Of a DNA stretch of 64,000 bases, positions 41,286-53,689 are shown piece after piece. The notes beneath the pieces are model-generated. The model was not told the origin of the DNA and did no database searches. It saw only the letters and a program-made list of their open reading frames with translations. Source of the stretch: Octopus sinensis (lineage: Eukaryota); the NCBI RefSeq assembly GCF_006345805.1, contig NC_043002.1:87358001-87422000 (forward strand), read 5' to 3'. Every line of letters starts with the position of its first letter. The stretch's first letter is position 1. Position numbers and translations under genes: made by a program.

Positions 41286-41523
41286 AAATATATATTTCTT
41301 TACTACCCACAAGAGGCTAAACACAGAAGGGACAAACAAGGACAGACAAACGGATTAATTCGATTACATCGACCCCAGTGCGTAACTGGCACTTAAATTA
41401 TCGACCCCGAAAGGATGAAAGGCAAAGTCGACCTCGGCGAAATTTGAACCCAGAACGTAACGGCAGACGAAATACGGCTACGCATTTCGCCCGGCGTGCT
41501 AACGATTCTGTCAGCTCGCCGCC
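41286..41523 (-). mobile_element. SINE family A, young copy
   Basis: Close reverse complement of 13307-13539. Confidence 0.92.
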
Positions 41524-42425
41524 TGAGAGTGAAAAGATATAATCCAGACCTCTTTTTAGTTCGTGTCAATTGTTTATTGATTAGACTGGGGTAATAAAAT
41601 TTATCCTAATCATGATTATGACGATTCTGTTTTGCATTTTTACGAAGCACGCGCTTATCACTTGCGACTCGAAAACGAGACATCACAGAGATATGTTAAT
41701 TGAAGAAAACGTGTGGATGGGAAAAGGGAGGGAGAAAAGCAAACATACGCTTATCAATGATAAAGGGTAAAGACGTTTGAGAACATTAATAATTTTGTAT
41801 CTTTGATGGTTAAGCTATGAAAACTGAGAAAAATAAATAAATAAATAAATATGCAGCTGATATGAATGAAAATATATATTCAGATGACAAAGGGTATTTA
41901 GAGTTCAGTTTGACAATTCGTTCTCGGTTTTATCTGGTCTGAAATATATTTCAATGACATTCGTCGGCCTGGATCTGTTCCATCTTAATTACAGATTTTT
42001 TAAGTAATTTTTTTTCTAACTAAACAGTTTGAAACTTTGAATACTGGTAGAATTTCTCACGTAGAACATGGTTTATTCTGAACGTTTTTGACAAAATTTC
42101 CTACTTTAGATGTTATTTCATGTTAAAGTTATCGTATTTGGGTAATTTCAACCAACCAACGACGTGTATTTGGTTGAAGAAAGCTACTGCTGCTTGCGAT
42201 AGTAATCGAAGAAGAACAACTTCCGGTTCATCTCTACTAAATGTCACCACTCTGTTCGAAGAATCAACATCATAGAGCAACGTGCCCGCAGCTAGCTTTT
42301 TTCTTGTTGACGTATATGTTGCTTCAAAATGCCTTATTTTACAACGATGATATGTATTGTTATTGTTATGATTTTATCTTACTATAGTCAACAACAAACA
42401 CATTTCGTGAATATAAAAGTCTTTA

Positions 42426-42660
42426 TTAAGGCGGCGAGCTGGCAGAATCGTTAGTACGCCGGACGAAATGCTTAGTGGTATTTCGTCTGCTGTTATGTTC
42501 TGAGTTCAAATTCCGCCGACGTCGACTTTGATTTCATAATTTCGGGGTCGGTTAAATAAGTACCAGTAACGCACTAGGGTCAATATAATCGAGTTAATCT
42601 CTTTGTCTGTCCTTGTTTGTCCCCTCTATGCTTAGCCCCCTGTGGGCAATAAAGAAATAA
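42426..42660 (+). mobile_element. SINE family A nested in the foldback element
   Basis: Flanked by an apparent TSD: ...AATATAAAAGTCTTTATT (about 42410-42427) / AATATAAAAGCCTTTATT (about 42660-42677). Confidence 0.9.
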
Positions 42661-42811
42661 ATATAAAAGCCTTTATTACATTAAAAATAACATTATCGAA
42701 ACATGAAGGTAAAACAAAACAAACAGCGGCATATATACCGGAAAATACGGTAATTGTAGTGGCAGTGACAAGTTCGCTCGCTGTTTGCTAGTTGATAGTG
42801 TATAAGGGAGG

Positions 42812-43001
42812 GAAAGAATAAAGAATGCACGGTGCTGAATAGAAAAGAAAGAAGGATAAAGGTACGAATAGAGAGAGGGAAAGAGTAAGGAATGCACGGT
42901 GCTGAATAGAAAAGAAAGAAGGATATAGGTACGAATAGAGAGAGAGAAAGAGCAAGGAATGCACGGTGCTGACTAGAAAGGAAGGATAAAGGTGACGAAT
43001 A
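42812..43001. repeat. About three copies of a 67-bp minisatellite
   Basis: Unit core GAATGCACGGTGCTGAATAGAAAAGAAAGAAGGATAAAGGTACGAATAG. Confidence 0.85.
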
Positions 43002-43568
43002 CAACAGAGTGGTGACATTTAGTAGAGATGACCAGGAAGTTGTTCCTCTTCGATTACTATCGCAAACAGCAATAGCTTTCTTCAACCGAATACAGGTCTT
43101 CGATTGGTTGAAATTACCCAAATACGACAACTTTAACACGAAATAACTTCTAAATTAGGAAATTTTGTCAAAGACGTTCAGAGTAAACAGTGTTCTCCGT
43201 GACAAATTCTACCAGTATTCGAAGTTTCAAACTGTTTAGTTAAAAAAATTAATTAAAAAAATCTGTGATTGAGATAGAATAGATCCATGGGCCTTAATGA
43301 TATCTTCATTTTAAGAAATACAAAGAATCTATCAGTCAATCAATCAATCTGCCTTTCTCTCTCTTTCTCACTGGCTCTTTCTCTCTCTTCACACACACAC
43401 ACCCGCGCGCGCAAACTCGTATATACACGGAAACATATATGGCATTAGATTTATAGAAGAGAAGGCATAGGAATTTCATATGCACGAACAAACAACATTC
43501 AATACACACAAACATACGCGCAAAAACAAATCTAAACTCACATCCGTTACTAATATATATATATATAT

Positions 43569-43602
<34 letters not shown>

Positions 43603-43634
43603 CTATATATATATATATATATATATATGCTATA

Positions 43635-43666
<32 letters not shown>

Positions 43667-43671
43667 GTATG

Positions 43672-43722
<51 letters not shown>

Positions 43723-43728
<6 letters not shown>

Positions 43729-44152
43729 GTGATCACGTGACCGACCAGGCTATCACATGTTGCTACACATCGCTGGTCACAATGCACTTCGCATTGTTTT
43801 AGCCTTCAAATGACGCCATCCCTTTCGAATGATACTGCAGCCGTCCAGACGTCACGTCCTCATTGTTCTGCTGGATCATGGAGTAGGAGGGTGGAAGAGT
43901 GTCTGTTTTGCTTGTGACCGCATATGCATCTAAAACAATTAGCAAAATCAATGTGCATCTTGTATCTTTTACATGTTTCAGTCATTAGACAGCAGCCAAG
44001 TTGCGGCACCACTTTGAAGAACTTTACACGAATGAATTCACCCCACTACTTATTGTTCTTTTCAAACCTTTATTCTGTCGATCTCTTTTGCCGAACTGCA
44101 AATACAACACCATCAGTTGTCAAACGATGGTGGCGGGGGACAACAAACACAT

Positions 44153-44186
<34 letters not shown>

Positions 44187-44409
44187 GGAGGCGCAATGGC
44201 CCAGTTGTTAGGGCAGCGGACTCGCGGTCGTAGGATCGCGGTTTCGATTCCCAGACCGTTCGCCACAACTTTCTCTCACTCTTTCTTCTGTTGGCCTGCT
44301 CGTTTAGCCAGCGAGGTGGCGTCATTTGAAGGCTAAAACAATGCGAAGTGCATTGTGACCAGCGATGTGTAGCAACATGTGATAGCCTGGTCGGTCACGT
44401 GATCACATA

Positions 44410-44466
<57 letters not shown>

Positions 44467-44518
44467 GCATATATATATTATATATATATATACTATATAT
44501 ATATATATATATATATGC

Positions 44519-44549
<31 letters not shown>

Positions 44550-44806
44550 TATAACTATATATATATATATAATATATATATATTATGTGATCACGTGACC
44601 GACCAGGCTATCACATGTTGCTACACATCGCTGGTCACAATGCACTTCGCATTGTTTTAGCCTTCAAATGACGCCACCTCGCTGGCTAAACGAGCAGGCC
44701 AACAGAAGAAAGAGTGAGAGAAAGTTGTGGCGAACGGTCTGGGAATCGAAACCGCGATCCTACGACCGCGAGTCCGCTGCCCTAACAACTGGGCCATTGC
44801 GCCTCC

Positions 44807-44862
<56 letters not shown>

Positions 44863-45191
44863 TTGTTGTCCCCCGCCACCATCGTTTGACAACTGATGGT
44901 GTTGTATTTGCAGTTCGGCAAAAGAGATCGACAGAATAAAGGTTTGTAAAGAACAATAGGTAGTGGGGTGAATTCATTCGTGTAAAGTTCTTCAAAGTGG
45001 TGCCGCAACTTGGCTGCTGTCTAATGACTGAAACATGTAAAAGATACAAGATGCACATTGATTTTGCTAATTGTTTTAGATGCATATGCGGTCACAAGCA
45101 AAACAGACACTCTTCCACCCTCCTACTCCCTGATCCAGCAGAACAATGAGGACGTGACGTCTGGACGGCTGCAGTATCATTCGAAAGGGAT
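43723..45191. repeat. Inverted duplication/triplication (X-Y'-X'-spacer-X-Y)
   Basis: 43818-44412 is the reverse complement of 44581-45191; the 96-bp X is also present directly at 43723-43818; TA-rich spacer at 44413-44580. Confidence 0.92.
44187..44412 (+). mobile_element. SINE family B, internally deleted (mirror copy at 44581-44806, minus strand)
   Basis: GGAGGCGCAATGGCCCAGTTGTTAGGGC head; lacks the central segment present in 48470-48764. Confidence 0.88.
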
Positions 45192-45372
45192 TTATTTCAA
45201 CTGAATAGACTGGTTCAACGGGAAATAAAAGGATTTACTGAAGGTCACAACACCCAGCCTCGAACTCACAACGTCTTGATCGTAGGACTAACGTCCTAAC
45301 TATTAGGACAACTGCCTTAATATGTATTTGTGTTGTACATGTGTGTTCGCGTGCATACATACATACATACAT

Positions 45373-45379
45373 ATATCTA

Positions 45380-45470
<91 letters not shown>

Positions 45471-45494
45471 ATATATATATATATATATATATAT
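45373..45494. repeat. (TATC)n/(TA)n microsatellite
   Basis: Seen directly. Confidence 0.95.
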
Positions 45495-45604
45495 TAATTA
45501 ATTAATATAAATTAATTAATTTTATGTATTGGCTTATGTTTTCATTGTTTGATTTGCCTAATAGTGGTTTTATCTCTTATTTAATATTATATATATCATA
45601 TATA

Positions 45605-47098
45605 CAGCGTTCGCCAAAAGTATTAGGCCACCCCAATGTTTTGGGGTTCTGCTATCTCAATGTTAATGAAACTCGTGCACATGGTAGATTATGGTACATT
45701 TCACAATATACATTAGCTTTAATATATGGTTGACCCTCCTTTAGCTTCAATTACCGCTTTTATAATGTACTGGACATATGCAACCAAATATGAGTAAGAC
45801 CAACGTCCAAAATTAACTTATGTTTCCTAGATTATTTCAGAGTTTTAAGCTAGAATACATTGCAGATACAGTTAATAAACAGTAAAATGCCTAAAACAAG
45901 GGAGTTGAGTGATTATGAGCGAGGGTCAAATCGTAGCTCATCATGAAGATGCGATGTCTCAAACGCAAATTGCTCAGAATTATGAAATGTTCTCGATATG
46001 CAGTGCAAACGACTCTCAAGCAGTTCAGAGAGACAGAATATGTGAAGACAATACATACAACCAATCAACGACGTGTATCCGGTTGAAGAAAGCTACTGCT
46101 GTTTGAGATAGTAATTGAAGAGGAACAACAAGGCAAGTACTTCACAAATATCAACCAGAACTGTTAGAAGAAGGCTTGTAGAGTACGGTCTGAAAGTCTT
46201 TAAAGCCAGGAAGAAGTCATGGGTTTCTGAAGCGAATATGGAAAAACGTCTTCAGTGAGCCCAAAACCACTCAAATTAGACCAGTGAGCAATGGTCAAAA
46301 GTCATATGGTCTGATGAAAGTAACAATAGGGTAAGATAATACATGTATTCAATCAACATATAAACTTAGTGTAAATGATTTGTGGCCCAAAATATATAAA
46401 ACTGTTTCCAACATAAAGCTAATACTATTATTTTACTCAGGTTTTTACTCAGGTTTTCGGTCGCAGAGTTGGGGAAGCATTCAAGGCTGAATGCCTGGTA
46501 ATAACCGTAAAACATAGGGGTGGTTCTATCATGGTGTGGCTAGCATGTCTGCCATAGGACCCAGAGAAATGTTTTATATCAGGGATGGATGAATTCGGCT
46601 ACCCATGTTTCTATGTTATCAGATGTTTTAGTGCCATCAATTGCTAAATTGCATCCAGGAGTGTCGAAAAACAGTGTTATCTTTCAAACGGACAACGCTC
46701 CATGTCATACAGCAAAGAATATTCATCAATGATTTGAGGCACTGGGCATTGTTCCCATGGACTGACCAGCTCAAAGTCCCGATCTAAATCCGATTGAACA
46801 CCTATGGGGAACTCTTGGTGAAGCTATCAAGAAAACAACAATTAAAAATAAAGAGCATTTGTACCAAAAGTTGAGAGATGAGTGGAGTAAAGTTGCGCCT
46901 AGCACCTGCATGAAACTAGATGATTCAATACCTAACCGTATAAAAGCTGTAATTCATGGTAAAGGAGGGTGAACCAGATATTAAAACTAATGTATATTGT
47001 GAGATATACCATAATCTAACATGTGCACGAGTTTCATTAACATTGAGATAGCAGAACCCCCAAACATTGGGGTGGCCTAATACTTTTGGCCAAGGCTG
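45605..47098 (+). mobile_element. Tc1-family DD34E transposon with 121-bp TIRs
   Basis: TA|CAGCGTTCGCCAAAAGTATTAGGCCACCCC... (45605-45725), inverse at 46978-47098|TA. Confidence 0.95.
45887..46984 (+). pseudogene. Tc1 transposase pseudogene with a GT-AG intron (46331-46440 or 46331-46452)
   Basis: MPKTRELSDYER; RTVRRRLVEYGLK; VIWSDES (D at 46313); TVKHRGGSIMVW; FQTDNAPCH (D at 46691); AQSPDLNPIEHLW (E at 46796, D34E spacing). Several stops and frameshifts. Confidence 0.92.
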
Positions 47099-47116
47099 TA
47101 TATATATATATATATA

Positions 47117-47185
<69 letters not shown>

Positions 47186-47261
47186 TTATAAGTAAGGGCA
47201 AAAGAAAACATTTCTAATGCCAAAATATGCCGAAAATAGACACAAAGTCAATAATCATGTA

Positions 47262-47386
47262 ATTTATCACGACAAGCACGTGTTTCGAAGAAAGCCGACA
47301 GAGATTTCTAAAAAATTCTGCTATTACCATATCGGACCCGATTTCAGAGTTAGTTCATAAGAACCTTCTCTTCGTCAGTGATAAAT
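47262..47386 (-). ncRNA. Type I hammerhead ribozyme candidate
   Basis: Stem I AUUUAUCA/UGAUAAAU (8 bp), CUGACGA+A, bulged 7-bp stem II, GAAA-CA-CGUGCU-UG-UC; see findings. Confidence 0.6.
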
Positions 47387-47486
47387 GCGGTAAAGATATA
47401 AGTGAAATACTTACTCATACCCATGGAAGAATCGAACACTAAGCCACGAGTACAATCAAACACCCCAAATATATTCAAAATAGAAA

Positions 47487-47877
47487 CTCTCTTTTGCTCT
47501 TACTCTTTTACTCTTTTACTCTTTTACTTGTTTCAGTCACCTGACTGCGGCCATGCTGGAGCACCACCTTTTAGTACTTATTCTATCGGTCTCTTTTTGC
47601 CGAACCGCTAAGTGACGGGGACCTAAACACACCAGCATCGGTTGTCAAGCAATGCTAGGGGGACAAACACAGACACACAAACACACACACATATACATAT
47701 ATATACATATATACGACAGGCTTCTTTCAGTTTCCGTCTACCAAATCCACTCACAAGGCATTGGTCGGCCCGGGGCTATAGCAGAAGACACTTGCCCAAG
47801 ATGCCACGCAGTGGGACTGAACCCGCAACCGTGTGGTTGGTTAGCAAGCTACTTACCACACAGCCACTCCTGCGCCT
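47487..47877 (-). mobile_element. SINE family C, full length
   Basis: Reverse complement of the 40392-40797 family. Confidence 0.9.
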
Positions 47878-48432
47878 TATAAATTGTTATAAATTGTTTA
47901 TAAATTTAACCTTTAAAGGTATTTTTTAATATGCTGGCCATTGATAGAAATTTTTTCGAAAAATTCTATCCTATATTAGATGTTAATTTAATAGTGTTCA
48001 CTTCTGGACTCTCTCACTTTACGAGAGCTTTTCGGTTCGAATCACACGTGTCTTTAGGTGTGCTTTATCTTACCTTATATATTATATATTACTTATTTAT
48101 ATGCTTCCTATATATATGCATTTTTATATATTTTTATATATCTATATATTTATATATTACTTTACATTTTGATGTATTTATTATTCTAGGTGTTGTAATG
48201 TTTTTTTAAAAATATATATATTTCTTAATCCCTAAAGTATTAACTTTTAACCGTGATGAACTATATTCACACATTTTTCTCGCATTTTCTTATATGCTTG
48301 TACTGATGAGTTATGTTTCATCTTCCGTGAGGTTATACATGTTTATTCTATGATTAAATGTTCGAGATATGAAATGTTACGTGGATGACCTTGTATTTGT
48401 TTGTTCTGCAACCATAGTTTAATATATATATA

Positions 48433-48469
<37 letters not shown>

Positions 48470-48475
<6 letters not shown>

Positions 48476-48762
48476 ACCGACCAGTCCATCAGATGTAGTT
48501 ACACATCGCTGGTCACAATGCGTTCGCATTGTTTTAGCTTTCGAATGACGCCACCCCGCTGGCTAAGTGAGCAGGCCAACAGAAGAAAGAGTGGGAGAAA
48601 GAGTGGTGAAAGAGTACAGTAGGGATCACCACCCCCTGCCAGAGCCTCGTGGAGCTTTTAGGTGTTTTCGCTCAATAAACACTCACAACGCCCGGTCTGG
48701 GAATCGAAACCGCGATCCTACAACTGCCAGTCCGCTGCCCTAACTATTGGGCCATTGCGCCT

Positions 48763-48764
<2 letters not shown>
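48470..48764 (-). mobile_element. SINE family B, full length
   Basis: tRNA-like head ends at 48764; GTCGGTCACGTGA tail. Confidence 0.9.
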
Positions 48765-48807
<43 letters not shown>

Positions 48808-48898
48808 ATATATATATATATATATATATATATACACGCACGCACGCACACACACATTTTCGCCTCTCATGGCTTGTGTGGAATATTTTTTTATATTA

Positions 48899-48963
<65 letters not shown>

Positions 48964-48984
48964 GTATATATATGTATTTAAACG

Positions 48985-49140
48985 ATGGTTTCTTTCAGTT
49001 TTCGTCTACAAATCCACTCACAAGGTTTTGGTCAACCCGAGCCTAGAGTAGAAGTCGCTTGCCCAAGTTGCCACGTAGTGGAACTGAAACCGGGACGTTG
49101 TGGGTGGGTGGGAAGAAAGCGTCTCACCACACAGCCACAT
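48985..49140 (-). mobile_element. SINE family C, head half
   Basis: TTTCTTTCAGTTTTCGTCTACAAATCCACTCACAAGG...ACCACACAGCCAC. Confidence 0.8.
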
Positions 49141-49306
49141 CTGTATATACATACACATATTTTTCCGTCTCGTGACTTGTGTGGAATGTTTTCAATATCA
49201 TAATCATAATTACACATACACACTGATATATGTGTGTGTTTGTGTGTGCGAATCCTGGATTGCTGGTATGGCTGTGGAATAGTATTATAACACGTCCTTT
49301 TGATAT

Positions 49307-49402
<96 letters not shown>

Positions 49403-50357
49403 CTTTATTATTGGATAAAAGCTGTTCCTCGAATGTTATACGGTAAGGAACCTGTCTGTATTGAAGAACATTCATCATCATTGCTTGTCATTGATTTCCA
49501 TACGATTTATATTAAATTCGTTTTATCGTTAATTCATTTTACCTCACGTTTTTCTATTTATGGATAGCTTTTCACAATATCTTCTCGTGATGTACTTAAA
49601 CTCCTTATATATTTGAGTTATTGTTGTCATCTAAGTGAAGTTGCAAGTATTTGTAATACACCTGTATATATATATAATACAATTTTTGAAGAAGAATAAT
49701 GGAAGCCATTTCTGTCCTGGGTAGAAATCAAAACGAAATTTCGTTGAGTATTGTTGAAAGAATATTTATGTATGCAATCAAAATCTTAAAGTTATCATTC
49801 ACTTAGTTTAAATCCTTTGGTTTAAAGGATATAATTATTACTCAAAGACTGATATAAAATGAAACTTTTTCAGCTGAAAAAAAAAAGATCAACATTTACT
49901 TGAAAATGATATTTAATTTTATACTTGCACAATTTTTATCTTCAGGAAAACTTTTATCGTGTTATAAAAGATCCTGTTGTCTTTCATTTCTATAAGTGCC
50001 AGTCTTGAACGTTAACTGTTTTGTTGTTTGCGTTATATATTGAAAACCGAATCAATGCGTATAGCACCAGTTTCAATAGCTCAATTATCCAAGTGACGGT
50101 TAAGTGTATTGTCTATTTGGATACGAATCTTAATAGAGGCAAGACTTTCAAAAGTGGGAGGTCTGTTATCACCGTTCTTCTAATATGATACTTTTTATAG
50201 CATTGTGTTGCATTGAAAGTTGCCGAAATTCTGAAAGATATTTACGATGCATTTTGCTAGCATTTTAAATACTATATGGATTTAGACAGTTATCCTAATG
50301 ATCTTCTGAATGAAGATTCACAATAAGAAATTATAGAATTGTTAATATACTTTGTCT

Positions 50358-50540
50358 GACGGTGGCGAGCTGGCAGAATCGTTAGCATACTTGGCAAGAT
50401 GCTTACTTGTGTTTCGTCGGTCATGAGTTCGAAGTCGACTTAACCCATCATTTTTTTCTGATAAAAAATAGTACCAGATGAGCAATGGGGCCGATGTAAT
50501 CGACTTATTCATTTCCCTGAACTTTGTGCCAACATTTGAT
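50358..50540 (+). mobile_element. SINE family A, diverged
   Basis: GGTGGCGAGCTGGCAGAATCGTTAGCA head. Confidence 0.75.
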
Positions 50541-51679
50541 ACCAAAATATTCCGGCTGAAATATCACCCTACGAATTTCCTTGGCAATATTTTAATTTAA
50601 AAAAAAATATTTCCGAATACCCTAAAGGATGCTAAATATATTTAATTCTAGAAATTAACATCAGATATGCTCTTACAATTTGATCCTGTGAGAAACATGA
50701 AGAGGATACTGAGGTGACGATATGAAATAATAATTACAATGCATTATGGATAACAACATTGAAACAATAAGTGTTGAAACAATAACTCTATTTAAACGGC
50801 CTCGTCATAAGGAATAGAAGCATAAAAGCATCTATAACTTTAAAATGCTTAAGTTATAGGTGCTTTTCGACATCTCAACTTTATCCTGAAAATTTAGGAA
50901 CAATCCCTATAATTTTGCACATGGAGATTTTTAAGCTGATGTCGTGTTCAGTTACATAACAAATGGATCTGAAGTTCATTATAAACCACATGTCGTAACT
51001 TCTGTATAAAATAAGATGATGTTAAGATAGATATTGTACTGTGAATAAATATTCAAGAAAATGTCTGTCTTAACTATTACCCTCTGTGGTAAGTATAATA
51101 CAATTTTGTTTCAACGTAGGCAGAGTACTCTGAAAGATAGTTAAATGTTTATACTGAGGTTTGTACGCATGATATTTGTATTCATTTTACATCACGAGTC
51201 ATTCAGATTGATCACTGACATTAGAAACAGTATTTCCAACACCATTATTTGGACTTAAAATTGAAGTAGATGGATTTAATGGGTTGATGATATAATAACG
51301 GTCAGGAAAGAGATTTTGAAATATCGACCGCGTTCCGTGTAATTGCTACCAGCATGACCTTTATGAGACTCAGCAAGAACAGATATCATATCGCTGTCCT
51401 TATGAGCGATTATCTGTATTATTCAAAATGTACATGCACATAAGTTGTATATGTTTCTGTGCGCGTGTGATGGTGCATACATATGTACATGCATGGATAT
51501 GTGCGTATATATGCGGTGAGCGCTGGTGGCAGTTTTCATGAAGGTGTTCTTGTACACAGGTTGTGTATGTATATACATGTTTTCTGGTTTTCTGCTTTCG
51601 TATCTGTGGTTATTTCAACAGCTAAATCATTTCATTTGCATAATTTTATGCCTCTAACATTCAGTTTCTAGTATAGAGA

Positions 51680-51851
51680 ATGCACACACATACACTCACG
51701 TGCACACACACACATACACACTCACACGCACACATGTGTATGCTTATATATGTACATACATATATGTATATGTATATATATATATATTATATATATATAT
51801 ATAGATATATATATATATATATATATGTGTGTATAGATATACGCACTTGTA

Positions 51852-51893
<42 letters not shown>

Positions 51894-51946
51894 TGTATGC
51901 ACATATGTGTGTGGTATGTGTGTGTACGTGTATTATGTAGCGTTCT

Positions 51947-51984
<38 letters not shown>

Positions 51985-52005
51985 TATATATATATAATAT
52001 ATATA

Positions 52006-52047
<42 letters not shown>
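51680..52047. repeat. Compound (CA)/(TA) low-complexity tract
   Basis: Seen directly. Confidence 0.93.
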
Positions 52048-52048
<1 letters not shown>

Positions 52049-52905
52049 AGTGTGTGAATTTGTGGATGTAATTTACTTCGATGCTGTATCGTTTCGGGCA
52101 ATCCTGAAGGTCTGACTGATAAATTACATGATAAATACAAATTACTGTTGCTTACTCGGTACTGAAACAAAGTGCAACACTCGAAGGTCCATAATTTTCG
52201 TTTATGTAAATTAACAACCACAAGAAATACTAATTACGCTGTATTATGAATAACAGCGAGACAAGAGTCTAGCTAAAGTTCGTCACAATAGCTTCGATGG
52301 TAGAGAGAAATACAAACGTTAAGATAGCTGTAAATAATTGATGCCTTTGAAAAATATAGCAAATGTAGAAAATTTTCCACCTATTTTGTCCACAAGCTAG
52401 TTCATATTTTGAACTCGTGTTCAATAAAGTAGAATCATTAAAGTTTTGTATAATATTCAGTATTGTATTTATTCGATGTTGAGATGTTAGGTGTTTTTCA
52501 ATAGCAAACTATTTAAAAATTTAGTGGTATTGATTTCTTCAACCCTTGAAAGAATTGTGTTTAATATTGTAAGTCCAGTGCATTGATATAAAGTATCTAG
52601 TGGGTGAGTCAAAATGAAAGTGTTCAACATTTCTACATGTACATTTGATAGAGTGGATGTTAACGTAACATTGCCAGCGAACGAAATACTAAACGTAACA
52701 CACTCTTTACAATAGTGCGCTACGTCTTGTATTCGATAATGTATAGAATTCATTAAGAATTAAATAGTTGCTGAATCCATTATCGTATTATATGTCACGT
52801 GTGTTATTCTTTTAGTTTTCTATAATGTTCAGCGATGTTAACATATACGATATTGTTCGATGGATAACTATTTAGGTAATATTGCTTTTTTACTGAAGCA
52901 TTTTG

Positions 52906-53358
52906 GAATCTTTTCGGTTTGAATGGCAGTTTTTAACATAATTTCTAGGTAACTAAAAAATTTTAAACTTCGTATACTGGTAGAATGTGTTTATAAAACA
53001 TTTTTCTCTTGGCTTTATTGAGAAAATTCTATAGTTTGTAAGATATATATGTTGTTCTTTTCTTCAATTTCTGCAATTTCAACCAATCAATGACGTCTAT
53101 TGAGGTAAAAAGCATTCGGTGCCGTATGAATATGTCCCTCATAAACAGATTGGGTTGGGTTTATTTACATTTGTGAAGAAAAAAGATACCCTTCCCCCCA
53201 CCCCTAACCCTAACCATAACCATAACCCTAACTAACCCTAACTAACCCTAACCCTAAAACAGATAGAAATGCAATAGATCGATACTAGGGTCATAATTAT
53301 GGGTGACAATTTCATATGACACCGCTAGAAAAAACTGCCGTTCAAACCGAAAAGATCC
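52906..53358. mobile_element. Merlin-like MITE, copy 3, with a CCCTAA tract at about 53203-53257
   Basis: TIRs as in copy 2 (left end G>A); perfect 8-bp TSD GCATTTTG (52898-52905, 53359-53366). Confidence 0.93.
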
Positions 53359-53689
53359 GCATTTTGTACTAAACAGACACCATTAATTCATGTTGGGTAG
53401 TGTAATATTAATCTATTTGAAAGACAAGTTAATTTGGCCAGTGATGATCCTCTTCAAAGTTATCCTATCGTCTTCGAAAGAACAAAGAGCCACCAGTTTG
53501 ACGTTGTAGATTGTGTTCCTCCAAACAAAGCAATATAATTATGACTAGAATATCTTTGATCATAGTTTTGCTCGAACAGGTTTAACTAAGACTAAACAAC
53601 ATCAACAATAACAACAATAAACACAACCCAGTTATTTTATAGAACACTGTGTAACACGATTTTTGTCCTTGGGTAGCAACTGAAGTATG

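Larger units (their letters stand above)
41971..43286. mobile_element. Merlin-like foldback element with about 285-bp inverted arms, a nested SINE and an internal tandem repeat
   Basis: GGATCTG... / ...TAGATCC ends; arms 41971-42257 and about 43006-43286; degenerate 8-bp TSD GTCGGCCT / ATGGGCCT. Confidence 0.85.

Noticed and set aside
42812-43001. Repeat array considered as CRISPR-like
   Set aside because: Contiguous tandem units without unique spacers; eukaryotic context with no cas genes.
44187-44260. tRNA-like sequence
   Set aside because: SINE head continuing into SINE body; no complete cloverleaf, so not called a tRNA gene.
45250-45320. Minus-strand tRNA-like A/B boxes
   Set aside because: Degenerate SINE head, not a functional tRNA fold.
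48303-48390. CTGATGA ... GAAA spacing
   Set aside because: No convincing stem I or III and no valid cleavage triplet.
51059-51090. MSVLTITLC followed by GTAAGT
   Set aside because: Too short to distinguish from chance.
52075-52125. Minus-strand CCCGAAACGATAC hammerhead-like right half
   Set aside because: No CUGANGA box upstream.
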